Assembly: GCA_034780895.1 (NCBI GenBank)
Contig: JAUZTB010000127.1
Span: 65,083,769 to 65,147,768, forward strand
Length of the DNA: 64,000 nucleotides
Origin: Rhynchobatus australiae
Lineage: Eukaryota
Direction of reading: 5' to 3'
The translations under genes and the position numbers were made by a program. The notes under the pieces are model-generated. The model searched no databases, was not told where the DNA came from, and saw only the letters and a program-made list of their open reading frames with translations. Position 1 is the stretch's first letter, and each line of letters starts with the position of its first letter. Shown here in pieces: positions 25,261 through 37,907 of the stretch.

Positions 25261-26289
25261 CTAATTGCCCCCTAACCACCAATCCTCCAAATCTATGACC
25301 TGTGCTGGTATTGCAATAAGCAGTGTAAAGGGAAGTGTAACTGAATTTCACACCAAATCCGAGTATGTTGTAAAAGATTGCAGAAACCTATTTCACAGGG
25401 GCAGCTGGTGGCCAGGACTTCCAAATAAATTGTAATCAATGAAGATTGAATGGTAAGTGTTGACATAGTAATTTACAATGGTAAATGCTTCCAGAAATCT
25501 ATTGACTAAGAAGAATGATGTGCACGTAAGATTTGTAGGCAATACATAGATTTATTTGTAAGACTCCTGCAAACCTTTGTCAGTCCCAGTTTATAAATTG
25601 TAATTGTGCAACTGATTGTTTGTACACATTACAACCTGATCTAATAAATTAGGTTTGATCCTGTCATTGAACATGCAAACACAGAGTCTGTGTGAAATTT
25701 GCAGTCACTGATAGATAAATATCTCATTTCACTCAAGTTTCTTTCTCATTACAGCCCAATTGGAGGGTGAATACTAATACTCCGGTCACTATGAATGGCA
25801 ACACAGTAACATTCAAAAAGACTATGGCTTCTCACTTGGCTTATGTGGAAACTAAGATAATTAACTCAAAAATTATTTTTCCTCTAGTCAGAGTGGATTA
25901 GTTTAAGAGATGCGAGTAAAGATTTAACTCAGAAAGGGTTGTCCAAGGTTATTCAGTTGCTGATTTAAAGACTGTTTTCTTGTGGTAAAATGTTTGATGG
26001 CATATTTTTAACAAAGTACTTTTTACACCTTAAGTGTCAAAAATAAATAAAATCATTGTGGAAGAGGAATATTTTGCTGCAGAACGAAGGATGCAGCACC
26101 AAGGATCCCTCTTTATTGATTGTCTTTGCCGAGATCAGCTTCACAGCAAGCATTGAGTTTGCTAAGTGAGGCATATTATTCAACAGGAAGGAAGTAACCA
26201 GCATTGTCATTGTCTGCTGACCAGGCAATGTTCAATCACACATATGTGGAAAGGAGCTAAAAAAACCTCATACAAGGGGGCTTGGCTGA

Positions 26290-26370
26290 TTTTTGAGATA
26301 AATAAGAACAGAAAATTCTGGACATATGCAGCACTTCAGACAGCATCTCTGGAGAGAGAAACAGAGTCTA
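26290..26370 (-). mobile_element. Penelope-type terminal repeat fragment
   Basis: AACAGAAAATTCTGGACAT...CAGACAGCATCTCTGGAGAGAGAAACAGAGT, matching 219-310. Confidence 0.6.
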
Positions 26371-26744
26371 TTGCCTCTTATTTCTTGTGACATTACCAGA
26401 AGCTGTATCTTTACGTAGAATGTAGAATAGAACAGTTCAGATGCAAACTGCAACTGTGATTGTTCTCTTTGTCACATTTAGTTAGAATTTGTCTGTGTTC
26501 TAAGCCAAGCAGTAATTCATGGACCCTCTATTNNNNNNNNNNNNNNNNNNNNNNNCTAGAGTGTGTGCCACTGTTTAGGCTGTACCACAAATCCAGGCTG
26601 GGTTATCTGAGAGACACCAGTGATGTTGGCAAATTGCAAAGGGAACTTGACCAAGTTGAAAATAGCTAAAGAAAGCCCACTGTCAATATTTGAAGTTATA
26701 CAGACTCACCAATTCAGGTAAAGTGCCCCGTTATCAAAGCGCTG

Positions 26745-26820
26745 AATTCTGATGAATGGTCATTGACATGAAACTCTAACACTATTCTCCATTCACTATT
26801 TTCTGTTTTTGTCTTCTACT
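26745..26820 (+). mobile_element. Penelope-type terminal repeat with decayed minimal hammerhead ribozyme core
   Basis: CTGATGA (26749-26755), short stem ATGGTC-ATT-GACAT, GAAAC (26770-26774), then the family's TTTTCTGTTTTT tail. Confidence 0.5.
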
Positions 26821-27699
26821 CTTAGAATGGTCAGCTGATTCTGGGCAAGGATTCCATGACAAGGAAGTAGATGGTGATAAGTGGCCAATGCTAAGTGCCA
26901 GTCTTCCTGCCACAGAGCCTCCTCTATTATATTCTGGTGTGGCACCTTCAATCACTAAGCATGCTGTAATACAAGCCAACTATCTGACAGGCTGAGCAGA
27001 GGCAGACTTAAGTTGGCATCCCCCTTCTAGAGCAGTTTTCTTGGGTAAATCTCCCTCATAAACTGAGGGGGAGTGATGTGGTTCAGAACTAGGATCCTTG
27101 GAGCATGAGTTGGTTGGAAAGTTTCTTGTAGGTGATGCACATTGTTAAGTTAAACTAGGCATCTATGAGTTTCATGTCAGCTGAATGATTCCCTTCTGAA
27201 GCACGATGCTCTTTTATTGAATATAAGAGGCTCAGAATATAAAGGTTGTAGCATTTATTTTCCACAAAAAGCAAGCCAGTTTGGTATGTTGGTTGTTGCC
27301 TATCTTGATCTTCACTGCTATCTTGTTCAGGTGACTTTTGTGCATTAGATTTTAGTCAAGGTTAACNNNNNNNNNNNNNNNNNNNNNNNNNNNNNNNNNN
27401 NNNNNNNNNNNNNNNNNNNNNNNNNNNNNNNNNNNNNNNNNNNNNNNNNNNNNNNNNNNNNNNNNNNNNNNNNNNNNNNNNNNNNNNNNNNNNNNNNNNN
27501 NNNNNNNACCTGAATGCTCAGCTATATACTATACGTTGGATACCTTTCTTGTCGCCAATCTCTACATAGCCTACAGTATTCAGGTCTGATATTTCATGCA
27601 TCAGAATTTGTTTCTTGTAATAATAAACTTTCTTAAAAAAGAAAACAACATTGAGTCATGGACCTGAATTGCAGAGGTACAGCATAAGCGAGCCCTGCA

Positions 27700-28570
27700 T
27701 TTGATATCAAGATAGCATTTGACCAAGGAGCACTAATAAAACTAAAGTCAAAAGGAATCAGGGGAAAAAGTCTCCATGCTGGAGTTATACCTTGCACAAA
27801 GGAAAATGGCTATGAGTATTGAAGGTCGTACATCTGATCTCCAGGATGTTGCTCAGCGTGTGAATTCCTCAAGGTAGCGTCATAAACCTGGCCACTTTCA
27901 GCTACTTTTTCAATGACCTCTGCTCCCTCATAAAATCAGAAATGGCTATTGTTTAAAGATGGTAGCATTATGTTTAATTCTATTTCCAAACCTGTCAGAT
28001 AATGAAGCAGTCATTGCCTAACTGTAGCAGGATCTGGACAAACATTAACGCACGGGCTGACAACTGGCAGTAATGTTTGTATCAAAAAATAATCATCTCC
28101 AAAAGGATTCTTCTTGATGTTAAATGGGACTACAATGGCTGTGACTCCCTGTATCATCATCTCAGTGGTACCATTAACTAGAAACTTAAATGGACTACCC
28201 ACATAAACACCATGACCACTAGCAGGGTATTCTAGGTTTTCTGTGTCATTTCCAGATTCCTCAAAGCCTTTCCACCATCTACACATCTTTTCAGGATTCT
28301 TCGTTTGCCTGATGAATGAAGCTCCAGAAATAGCCGAGAACCCTCAACACCATCCAGGAAAAAGCAGCTGGCATAACTAGGTTCCAGTTCTCCAGCATAA
28401 ATCCCCTATCGCTCATATACCATCGTTAGCATATGTCTCATCGACAAAATGCACTGCAGCAGCTTACCAAAATTGCTTCCCAAACCTTTAACTTCTAAGA
28501 ATTTTTCAATGGGAATGCCACCTGGATGTTCCCTTCTGGGTCACACCATATCCTGACTTGGAACATTGAG
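27700..28570 (+). mobile_element. CR1/L2-group LINE RT fragment
   Basis: TTTGATATCAAGATAGCATTTGAC (LDIKAAFD-like), CCTCAAGGTAGCGTC (PQGSV); downstream part colinear with 61175-62000. Confidence 0.8.
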
Positions 28571-28770
28571 TCATATGGACATACAGCATGGAAACAGGCC
28601 CTACAGCACATCAAATCCACACAAGCGCCCATCCACAATCATCCCATTTTTATCTTTCCCACATTCTCACCAGCTCCCACCAGATTCTACCACTCACTTA
28701 CACATTAGAGGCAATTTACAGCAGCTACGTAACCTACCAACCAGTGTGTCTTTGGTATATGAGGGAGAAG
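28570..28770 (-). mobile_element. Degenerate SINE/CR1-tail fragment
   Basis: ATACAGCATGGAAACAGGCCCT tail followed by CACTTACACATTAGAGGCAATTTACAG...ACCTACCAACC..TGTCTTTGG (V-SINE-like, reversed). Confidence 0.55.
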
Positions 28771-29729
28771 TTTGTCTTTGGTTGCTTTTGGTAATGCAGG
28801 TTGTTCCTTGAATTCACTTTTGGTTCCATTGACATCATTTACAGGTGTAATGAAAAAGTAAGTCTAGTGTATGCAAACTCTGACAAGTCCCACTCGTAAC
28901 TTGCTGCTCAGAAGAGGGCAGCTTTTTATATACTGTTGTTAATTTAAATATTTACTGCAGCAACCTCTCAATTATTTATTTTTCGGTGGCTAGTAAAGGA
29001 ATAAACAGGCACAGACGTACACCAATTGCAATTTATACTTCAATATTTCAGGGAAGACTCCACATAGAAGCTGAACTGGAAATCGCTTTGCAGAAGTTTG
29101 AGTCACATGACACACCCAAGTGATTCATCAGATTTGTCTCTGGGCAGCTATGTAAATGAAAGTTGTTGTTCCTCTCATAGTGACTGCAGCGTATGGCTAG
29201 AAAGGTCTCAGGGTCAACTAAATACAAAAATTCATAGGTATAGATATTGTCCTNNNNNNNNNNNNNNNNNNNNNNNNNNNNNNNNNNNNNNNNNNNNNNN
29301 NNNNNNNNNNNNNNNNNNNNNNNNNNNNNNNNNNNNNNNNNNNNNNNNNNNNNNNNNNNNNNNNNNNNNNNNNNNNNNNNNNNNNNNNNNNNNNNNNNNN
29401 NNNNNNNNNNNNNNNNNNNNNNGGGCTGGTGGCTCTTCAGAGAACCACAAAATTGATATCTGTTGGAATTTTGAGTCTGTAGAGGTGGCAAATATTCAGT
29501 GATCCTATAAATTTATATGAAGTAGTTAGGGGAAATGGAAAAGATAAGTAGAATAACTTATGAGTAAATTGATAGGTAGGATAAAGGATTAACCTCATCA
29601 AAGGTAAATGCAAAAGAGAAAATATTTACTAAATTCATATATTTAATTTCAGAATATAATCAAAGTTGAAAACACTAAATAACTGAATTAATATCATGCT
29701 GGACAGACACAGTAATACAAAAGCAATGT

Positions 29730-29800
29730 TTTGAAGACCTGAAATGTTAACTCTGTGCCTGTCTAATCTGCTGAGTATTTCCAGCAATTTTTACATTTTA
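29730..29800 (+). mobile_element. Penelope-type terminal repeat fragment
   Basis: GACCTGAAATGTTAACTCTG...CTGCTGAGTATTTCCAGCAATTTT. Confidence 0.6.
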
Positions 29801-32800
29801 TTAACACTGTCAAATGAGATCATACATACAAGATGCCATGAGACTTTTTTGTTTTTACTTCCCTTTATCATATTGTCCTTTACCAATTCGGTGATTGTTG
29901 TACTTCTGGTTCATATTAGGCATGCATTTTATGCTCACCATATCCAGATGATTACACTTCAATCATTGAGGAAATCAGCAATGTGGAAATGCACATAATT
30001 TTCTGTGTTGTAGAAATCCCTCAGATGTTAATATGATAAGGATCCTGCCTGCCTATTTTTGGATTGGACCATTTATAGGTGAGTGGGCTATTTAAACATT
30101 TCTAAATATGTAAACTTACTAAAATTCTTAAAACTAGACCAAATTATAATTAAATTATGCTCTTAATTGGGAAACAGTTTTTAAAGGTGTTTCAACGTAG
30201 CTTGATCAGTCATAAATTGATGCTGAGGGCAAGAATAACTAAAAACTTGATCAATGAGGTAGTTTTTAAGGAGAGTCAAATGACAAGAGCAAGGTAAACA
30301 GTTAAGAATGGAGTTCAACACACCGGACCTAAACAACTGAAGGCACAGCTGCCAACAGTGGAACAATGGGAGTGAAGAATACACAAGAACCAGATATGAA
30401 AGAATGTAAAGTTCGGAAGTCTATTTTCCAGGACTATATTTTGTTGAATGGAAAGAGTAATTAGTTAGAATACCAAGGGCTGTGAGGAATTTTTGTCATT
30501 TTCCAAACTAATCTTGGGATTCATTCTGATCCCTAATGTCTTGCCTCAATCTCCCTCTCTGAATTTTTATTTGGTAGAAGACTGAACTGGGGTAGAAATA
30601 TATACTCTATTACAAGTACTAAACAGATAATGTAGTAACATATATAGGTTGAGCTTTGCTTCTGAAATTTAGTTCCATTGAAGTCAAAGCATTTGCATTT
30701 TGGAAGCAGAGTTCAATACGCTAGTGCTACAATTTTGCACATTTAATATGAGTGATAGAGGAATTGTTTTGTTTAGGGTTTGGGGAAACTAAGATGGAGA
30801 GAATGAGGCTATCTAATGAATGAATTAAAAAATGACTGTTCTTTGTTGACTGAATGATCTTCCAGTTGCTTTGCTGAGCACCTGAAAAGTGTCATAAAAG
30901 ATGAGCATTGGCTATCACCTGCTGGAACAGGTATGAATCCCCTGCTATTTGTTTAAATGGGAATGATATCAATCGCTCATTAAGCGTAAATCTAGGAAAG
31001 TGACCAGGTGAACAAACCACTGACTGCAAATCCTGAGGGTGCCAGTACCAGAGTGGATCCATTCTAAATACCAAATGACAATGTTTTACAAAATACAATA
31101 TTGGTAAGGAAGTTGGTACTTAATGGTGCTGTCCGTTAACAAAATCATTGATACATTCAGTTGGGTGGTTTGCCAAAAGAAGTGAGAGATGACACGCAGC
31201 ATAATGAACCTGCGTAGAATGTGTCATAGTTAAAATACTGGATTTAATGAAGACAGAGCCTTACTGTCAATCTGTGTGCAGTAATGTGGAACTGAGCTCT
31301 TTTTTTGAGTATTTATTCTAGCTTCATGATTCTTTGTTTTTCGTGTTGCTCCCTTGCTCAATTTGCAACATTATATTGCTGAAAAGGAGTTCAGTTTTGC
31401 CCTGTGGAAGGAGTGGGGCTTGCTTAGAATTGTGCTTGAACAGTAAAAAGACTAGGATTCATGCACAGCCTTTTTAAGGGAATACAATGGTTTACTAAAT
31501 TGGACCCACAGGGTTGTCTGACTGAATGTATCATCTTAATATATGCACCATACTAAACAAAGCTATTGCAAGCATGATCAGACTCTAAACACCATTGGTA
31601 TGGTCCTTTAGAGTCCTGTAAATGAATACTACAGTACTGCCAATTTGATACCTGGTATTTGTAAAACTAGCTTTTAAATGTTTCTTTGGCTTAAGGGGAT
31701 GAAGCAGTCTGATCCCTGATAATCTTGTTGTTAAAAATGTGTTAGTATGGATTAAATAGGAATCTTGCAGATTTCAGTCAAGCTGGTAGTGACTTTATCA
31801 TATAATCAAGGCCTTTGTATGACTGAAGCAGCTGCTCCATACATAACAGCAAGTCATTGCAAAGATCCTTCCCTCTCTACCTTTGTACAAACACTCATTG
31901 TACCATGTCCGATTTGTGAATGGCAGACAATGGAAATCTAATCAGTCAAAACAGGCAGAGGAGCAAAAGCAAAGTTATCAGGCTCTGATTCACCTTGTGT
32001 GGAAACCTGTTGTCCAGTTTACATCCTGTGGAATAGTTTCACTAATGAACTTAAAAATGTAGGATATCTGTTTGCAGAAAATTACTTCTGACATTGTCAA
32101 ACACAGAAGTGTCATTATGTGGCTTCATGGTAATGGAACAGGCAATGAACTGTACTACCAGCAACTTTGTTTACTGGTATTTTCCTGAACTATTATTCTA
32201 ACGATGAAGACTCGAACTGTAATTTCCATCTCTTGAAGTTGAGATTTAAATAGGCATTGTCTGTGTCAAAAGGCTTTGGCAACTTGTTTCTTTCCCCACA
32301 TCCCCAATGTTCAGATATAACTTGTATTAAAGTGTTCATTGTATCATTTATAAGAGAATTTATTCTGGAAAGAACTTGTGAGATTAACTTTTATTTTCCC
32401 CTAAAATAAAAGCTTTGAACTAAAGGGTCTATGAATTTGACTGGATAGAACTGCTTATTTTGGCGCTTAGTGAGTACAAGTGCACATTGGATGGAGTGAA
32501 ACAGGAGGGGGTCATAGTTATGAGACTGAAATCACACCAGATGTGCATCCATTGGTGTTATTCCTTGTGCAAAGTTCTAGGGAAATAAGTGCACATTATA
32601 CCAGAAGCTGTCTTCTTTGGTCATGCCCGTGTCAGTCATGTTTTCAATGAAAAGTGTCAGATTGGGATCCTGCCAGGTTAAGAGCCATAGTTACCAACTC
32701 TGTGATGCTCTTGATGGACCCTGATCCTCTGATCACTGGCCTCATACAGCCCAGCCTCCCCTGAAGCACAGATCCTCTGATCACCAGTGCCTGATTGAAT

Positions 32801-34309
32801 CTCTGCCCATCTCCTCAATCCTAATCCATTGATTGCAGTGCACCCCCACTCCCCACTCCCCACTCACAGATCCAAGGGAGGACTCTGACCAGCAGCCTTC
32901 CATCCCCCTCCGCTCTTGGTCCCAGAGAGTCAATTTGTGAGCCCCGCAGCTTGTAAAAGGAAAATTGCAGTGGTGGTTCAGTGCTACGTAAGGCCTTGGC
33001 ACTAAGGTTTGTAGTGATGGACTCATGACCATGCTGTTCAAAGATCAGATGGGCTTGCTTGTACATGGTGTTTATAGTTTCTAGGCCAAGGTTCCATTAA
33101 ATCCAGACAAACTGCGTGAAAATCCCTTTTCTTGAAGTTGCACTAGTAGTGCAGTGGAATAGATTACTGTTCTTCATGCAGTTCTAACATTTGGATCTGG
33201 TCGACAACACAATTGATAATCTAACACACTTGGAGGATTATGGAGGTTTGATAGTGGTGGTGGTGGTGACTGAGGGATTAGGGGATTTTCCATTTCTTAC
33301 CTATGGCTGCCCTGTTCTCATTTGCAGTAGCTGGGACATCAGATCTGACATTCCTTATTCCTAAATCCGTTTCCTGACCATAGCCACAATGCAGATTGAA
33401 ATTGGGTGATATGTAAAGTGAAAAGCTAATCTGATTTGGTCAATTTCTTCTTGAGTGGGTTTGGTTGAAATGACTTCTTCACAAATTTGTCTTCCACCCA
33501 GTCTTCAAGGCCATTCATAATGAATCCAGTAAATTACCGAAATACTTGCGTCACACTGGTGAATGAAAAATGTTCGTGTCAGTATTGGCCTCGAAACTAG
33601 GAGAAAGGCAATGGCTTAGTCTTGTTATTAATTGCATTATATGCACATTTCTGTCAAACCTTGTATATAGTTCAGTAGCTCCAGTTTTAAATGAGGGCTG
33701 GATTTTAGTGGCACACTTTAATGTCACTCAAAGTCTTTCTATTCCAGATAAAGGAACAGGGTATTTTAACCTCTGGGCCTTATTAACTGCCACAAGTTGG
33801 CTTACCACTCATTCTGAGTGGGAAGTAATATAACTTCACAGCATCTAGAGGCCACCTGCAAAGTAGATAGTTCCACAAAATCATCTGTTATTCTACCTCA
33901 TGGAAATCCAGGACCAGTGGAGCAAATTCCAAGATTTCTTTGTAGACAAACATTCATACACATTCTGTGTTTCTTTTACATTTCCTGTTTTTTTTTATTT
34001 TTATGCTCCTCATTGCATTCCTAACTGTTTCTTTGATGTCCTAATCTCTTTATATTCCCATTGGTCATCCATCCTTGTTTAGAATTTCCTTTTTACTTTA
34101 TTTTCAGGTTTGCCCAGTTATTTTTAATCATTCACGATCTTGCTTTATTGGCTTGCTCTTTACTTGTCTGCAGTATATATTCCTCCTGGATCCAATGGTT
34201 TTAATTTTTATAAATATTTCCCAGTGCTGTACTTTTTCTCTGTTTACCTTTCCCAGTTTTCCTAGTTTTATTTCCTTACTTATTACTTTGAAATGGTTAT
34301 TTTTATATG

Positions 34310-35370
34310 AATTAGAAGCAGCAATAGTCCACTCAGCTGTTCAAGCCTTTTCTACTGTCTACCAAGATCATGCTTGCTCTGATTGTTAGCACAACTCTGC
34401 AATCAGCCCCTTGCTTAAAAATATGCCTGTGCCTTAAAAATATTCAATGAATCTGCTTTCATTGACAGATTTCCAAAGGCTCCTAATCTCTGAGAGAAAA
34501 AAAAATCACCTCATCTTCACCTTAAGTGGGTGACTGCTTATTTTTAAATGGCGACCCCTTGTTCCAGATTCTCCCACACAGGGAAACATACTCCCTCCAT
34601 CCAACCACTAAAGACCCCTCATGATCTTATATGTTTCATTCAATTCCTCTCTGAATCTTCTAAACTCCAGCAGATACAACCGCGGTCTGCCCAACCATTC
34701 CTTACAAGACAATCTGCCTGTTCCAGGTATTAATCTAATTTAGCCTTTCCTGAACTGTTTCCAACACATTAACGTTGTTTCTTAAATAAAGAGACTAATT
34801 CTATACATAGTATTCCAGTTGTAGTTTCACCAGTGCTTCATGATAAAACTCCGATAATCCAACAGATTTTCCAGACTATTGGATGCTGCTATTGTTAATA
34901 CTCCCACACACTTCTATTTCTTTTTCACATGCTACATAGCAGTATAATAAATTTTCTAGTGAACCCAATAAATTTAAAAGGAATGGGAAATAAAACCAAA
35001 AAACAAGCTGGAACATCGATGCACTCTGGCTCCAGCCGCAAACCCACCCACCTTACAAATAGCGGTTTGCCTGACCCTGAACACAGCCCTGGCTGTAGAC
35101 CCAGTCTGCACTCCGGAACCCCTGTTCTAAACACTCAGCTGGACCACGTACCGGTCTCCAGCTCTGGTCACACATCCCACTCACATTCCAGACCCCCAAC
35201 ACACTCCAGATTTTTGAATGAGCCAGATGTCAAAGCACCAGGATTTAAGGAAAGTTGGATACTGGATTATTGGAATTTTACTGTAAATGAAGTAAAATGA
35301 CCCTCACTTTATACTCAATTCCGCTACCAATAATCAATAACATTCTGTTAGATTCCCTAATTATTTGCAA
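34310..35370 (-). mobile_element. CR1 LINE 3' fragment interrupted by a MITE
   Basis: Reverse CR1 3' sequence (AATCTCTGAGAGAAAAAA..CCTCATCT, CCAGGTATTAATCTA, TAGTATTCCAG) resumes after 35285. Confidence 0.7.
34842..35283. mobile_element. Tc1/mariner (Tigger/pogo-like) non-autonomous DNA transposon
   Basis: Inverted ends TAAAACTCCGATAATCCA (34844) and TGGATTATTGGAATTTTACTG (to 35283), followed by TA; left terminal bases eroded. Confidence 0.7.
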
Positions 35371-35379
35371 TATCTTCAC

Positions 35380-35670
35380 ACCAACCCTTTACACTAGGAC
35401 ACAGAGAACCTCCTGCACCTCAGATTTCAGTTTGCTGCCTGTGACTGTGTGGGCTCCCCTTGTATGCTGTGGAGTCCTATATCCTAAAGAGAAACTGGTA
35501 GGCTAATAATCTAGTGTAAGTGGGTGGCAGGAAAATGTGGGGGTGGGAATTGATGGACAAGTGAGAGAGAGAGTAGTTTGTGGACGAATGGGACTGATAT
35601 GAATACTCTGAGAGCTAACATAAACTCAGTGGGCCAAATGATTGCCTTCTGTACTATGAGATATATGAAA
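35380..35670 (+). mobile_element. Degenerate V-SINE with CR1-like tail
   Basis: CCTGTGACTGTGTGGGCTCCCC...TATCCTAAAGA..CTGGTAGGCTAAT; tail GGGCCAAATGATTGCCTTCTGT. Confidence 0.5.
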
Positions 35671-36103
35671 AAATATGCTTCATTTTTATTTTTCCTGCTA
35701 CAATGGGCAACTGCACATTTAGTGACTGTTAAAAACTTGCATACTATTCAGTTCAAGCTGTGTTCTTGCTAAATAATAAAGTTTTCCTGCTCTCCATGTA
35801 ACTGACCGATTTGGTTGGTAGGGAGTCCTTACCCCTTACACAAAGCTCCACTGCAAATTGAAATTAGAATTATCCTTTGCTGTCTAACTCTCTAACTGCT
35901 GAATAATAAGCTGTTCTTTTGAAATTTTCATAACAGCTTTTCATGTGGGAGTAAAACTAATAGAAAAAATAATATAAAAATTAACTTGCCTTACCCATTA
36001 TTACTCCATTATTTTCTTGCAACTACTTTTTCATGAGAGGAACACCTGCTGTAAAATAAACTTTTGAGTGAATATGATTGGACTGTGCTGAGCTGCAGAG
36101 TGC

Positions 36104-36610
36104 CTGTAATGTCACCTCACATACAGGAGCTAAGAGGTAGAATAGCATGTTAGATCCTACCTTTTAAAATTATATCCAAGTATATTTTGTATCCACATAT
36201 TACATTAATTCAAGTAAAACATTTCCTGGTAAAAGCCATTGTATACACATAGAACCTAGAGAACAAGGTTAGGCCATTCAGCCCCTTGAGCCTGTTCCAC
36301 CCTAGACTCAAGGGGTTGAATGGTCTTTCCTTGTTCCTATGCATGTGCAGTAGTTTTCCAGGAGATGTCTTACTTGNNNNNNNNNNNNNNNNNNNNNNNN
36401 NNNNNNNNNNNNNNNNNNNNNNNNNNNNNNNNNNNNNNNNNNNNNNNNNNNNNNNNNNNNNNNNNNNNNNNNNNNNGTAGTTTTCCAGGAGATGTCTTAC
36501 TTGAATTAATGCAACACGTGGATGCAAAATATACTTGGGTATAATTTTAAAAGGTAGGATATAATATGCTGTTTCACCTCTTAGTTCCTGTGTGTGAGGT
36601 GACATTACAG
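36104..36610. repeat. Long inverted repeat (foldback), ~190 bp arms, centre ~36298
   Basis: 36104-36292 aligns to the reverse complement of 36304-36376 plus 36504-36610; differences mostly transitions. Confidence 0.9.
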
Positions 36611-37362
36611 ACTTAGATCTAACAATATACATGAATATAATTTAGTCAGATCACAGCAGCCTTTTTGTCAACCTCTAAGATGTCCCCTTTGCTACCTAAA
36701 AGAAACATGCTGCATAACTAATGTTGTTACATCTTAAACTGGGTAAAGTGAGAGGAATGGTGAGTTGAAAGAGAAGAAAAAAAATGCCAAGGTTGAACTG
36801 CGATGGTGAGGAGGTGAATGAGGGGCACTCAGCACAAGGTGAAAGGAACGAAAGCAGCAAGCAGGCAGTAGTGTCTGGTTGACCAGGAAGAGAAGAGATA
36901 TCTGCACTTGCAATATTTTATTCTCTGTTAGCAATGTTAAATCTGCACTACCAATGTTATATTCTTGTTACTTTCCACTCTTACCAAAAAAATTCCAAAT
37001 AAAATTTTTAAAAAGAACCTTGGCTATATATGGCGTTGTCCTGCAGGACATTCTCAAAGTGGCTCACATAAACTGAATTACATTTGATGTATAGTGTATG
37101 TAGAAAAAACATAACNNNNNNNNNNNNNNNNNNNNNNNNNNNNNNNNNNNNNNNNNNNNNNNNNNNNNNNNNNNNNNNNNNNNNNNNNNNNNNNNNNNNN
37201 NNNNNNNNNNNNNNNTCAATACAAAATAACAAAGTAGTCAGTGTTTGCTAATTTATTCTTTTAAATTGTTTCTACTTTTGAGATTGTTTTACACATATTG
37301 TAAAATTTCATGTTCTAACATTATTTTTCAATGTTAATTTCCTTTCCCCTCCCCTCTTATAG

Positions 37363-37392
37363 CGGACCCCAGCGTAAGTGAATACATACCAG
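37363..37392 (+). other. Candidate microexon (11 nt or 30 nt) of an unidentified gene
   Basis: Branch CTAAC 37315, ~78 nt AG-free zone, tract TTTCCTTTCCCCTCCCCTCTTATAG|, donors GC|GTAAGT (37374) and CAG|GTAAAT (37393), TGCATG at 37509. Confidence 0.55.
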
Positions 37393-37744
37393 GTAAATAC
37401 AACAGCTCTATTTAGAATATATTTCCCTGATGAAACAGTGGAATATGAAAATTAATGGCATTGTAATATGTTAATGTTGCGTTCAGCTGAAGGGTGGAGC
37501 CAAGTATATGCATGCATTATTTTAGTTTAGTTTGATGTAGTTAGTAAGACTAAATCTTAATGCTCCAGAGCCCATTATAGAAAGTCCGATGTATGTATTA
37601 CAGTTAATCTTTATAATCCAATAATTTTGATACATTACATTCAATATAGCGATCAAACTCTGTTACTTGTGTCTCTTGTACTCAGCTATTGACAGTTGTA
37701 ACACAAATATTAATAATATGAGTCAATACTTGGTAACAAAAGGA

Positions 37745-37870
37745 AAGAAAGAGGACTCGAATATATAACCTCCAGCTTCTCTTCAAGCACACTCACGAGA
37801 TCTTTAATATTCACCTGAACCAGGAAAAAGTTGAAAGGGGTTTGATTTGAGTTGTTTAACAAGTGATTAA
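37745..37870 (-). mobile_element. DeuSINE (AmnSINE1/SacSINE1-like) core fragment
   Basis: Minus strand TTCAGGTGAATATTAAAGATCTCGTGAGTGTGCTTGAAGAGAAGCTGGAG resembles the Deu domain (TCAGGTGGACGTAAAAGATCCCATGGCACT..GAAGA). Confidence 0.55.
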
Positions 37871-37907
37871 CTGGGCCTTGGGACAGAGAGAAGTTTACAT
37901 ATATCTG

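Noticed and set aside
28308-28332. CTGATGA...GAAA hammerhead-like pattern
   Set aside because: Decayed LINE coding sequence (homologous to GCCTGGATGAGTACAGCTCCA at 40069); no stem II.
28845-28857. CAG|13 nt|GTAAGT possible microexon
   Set aside because: Weak pyrimidine tract, next to a SINE remnant, no supporting context.
32715-32870. Short repeats GATCCTCTGATCAC x2 and (CCCACTC)x3
   Set aside because: Low-complexity slippage; no spacer structure, not CRISPR-like.
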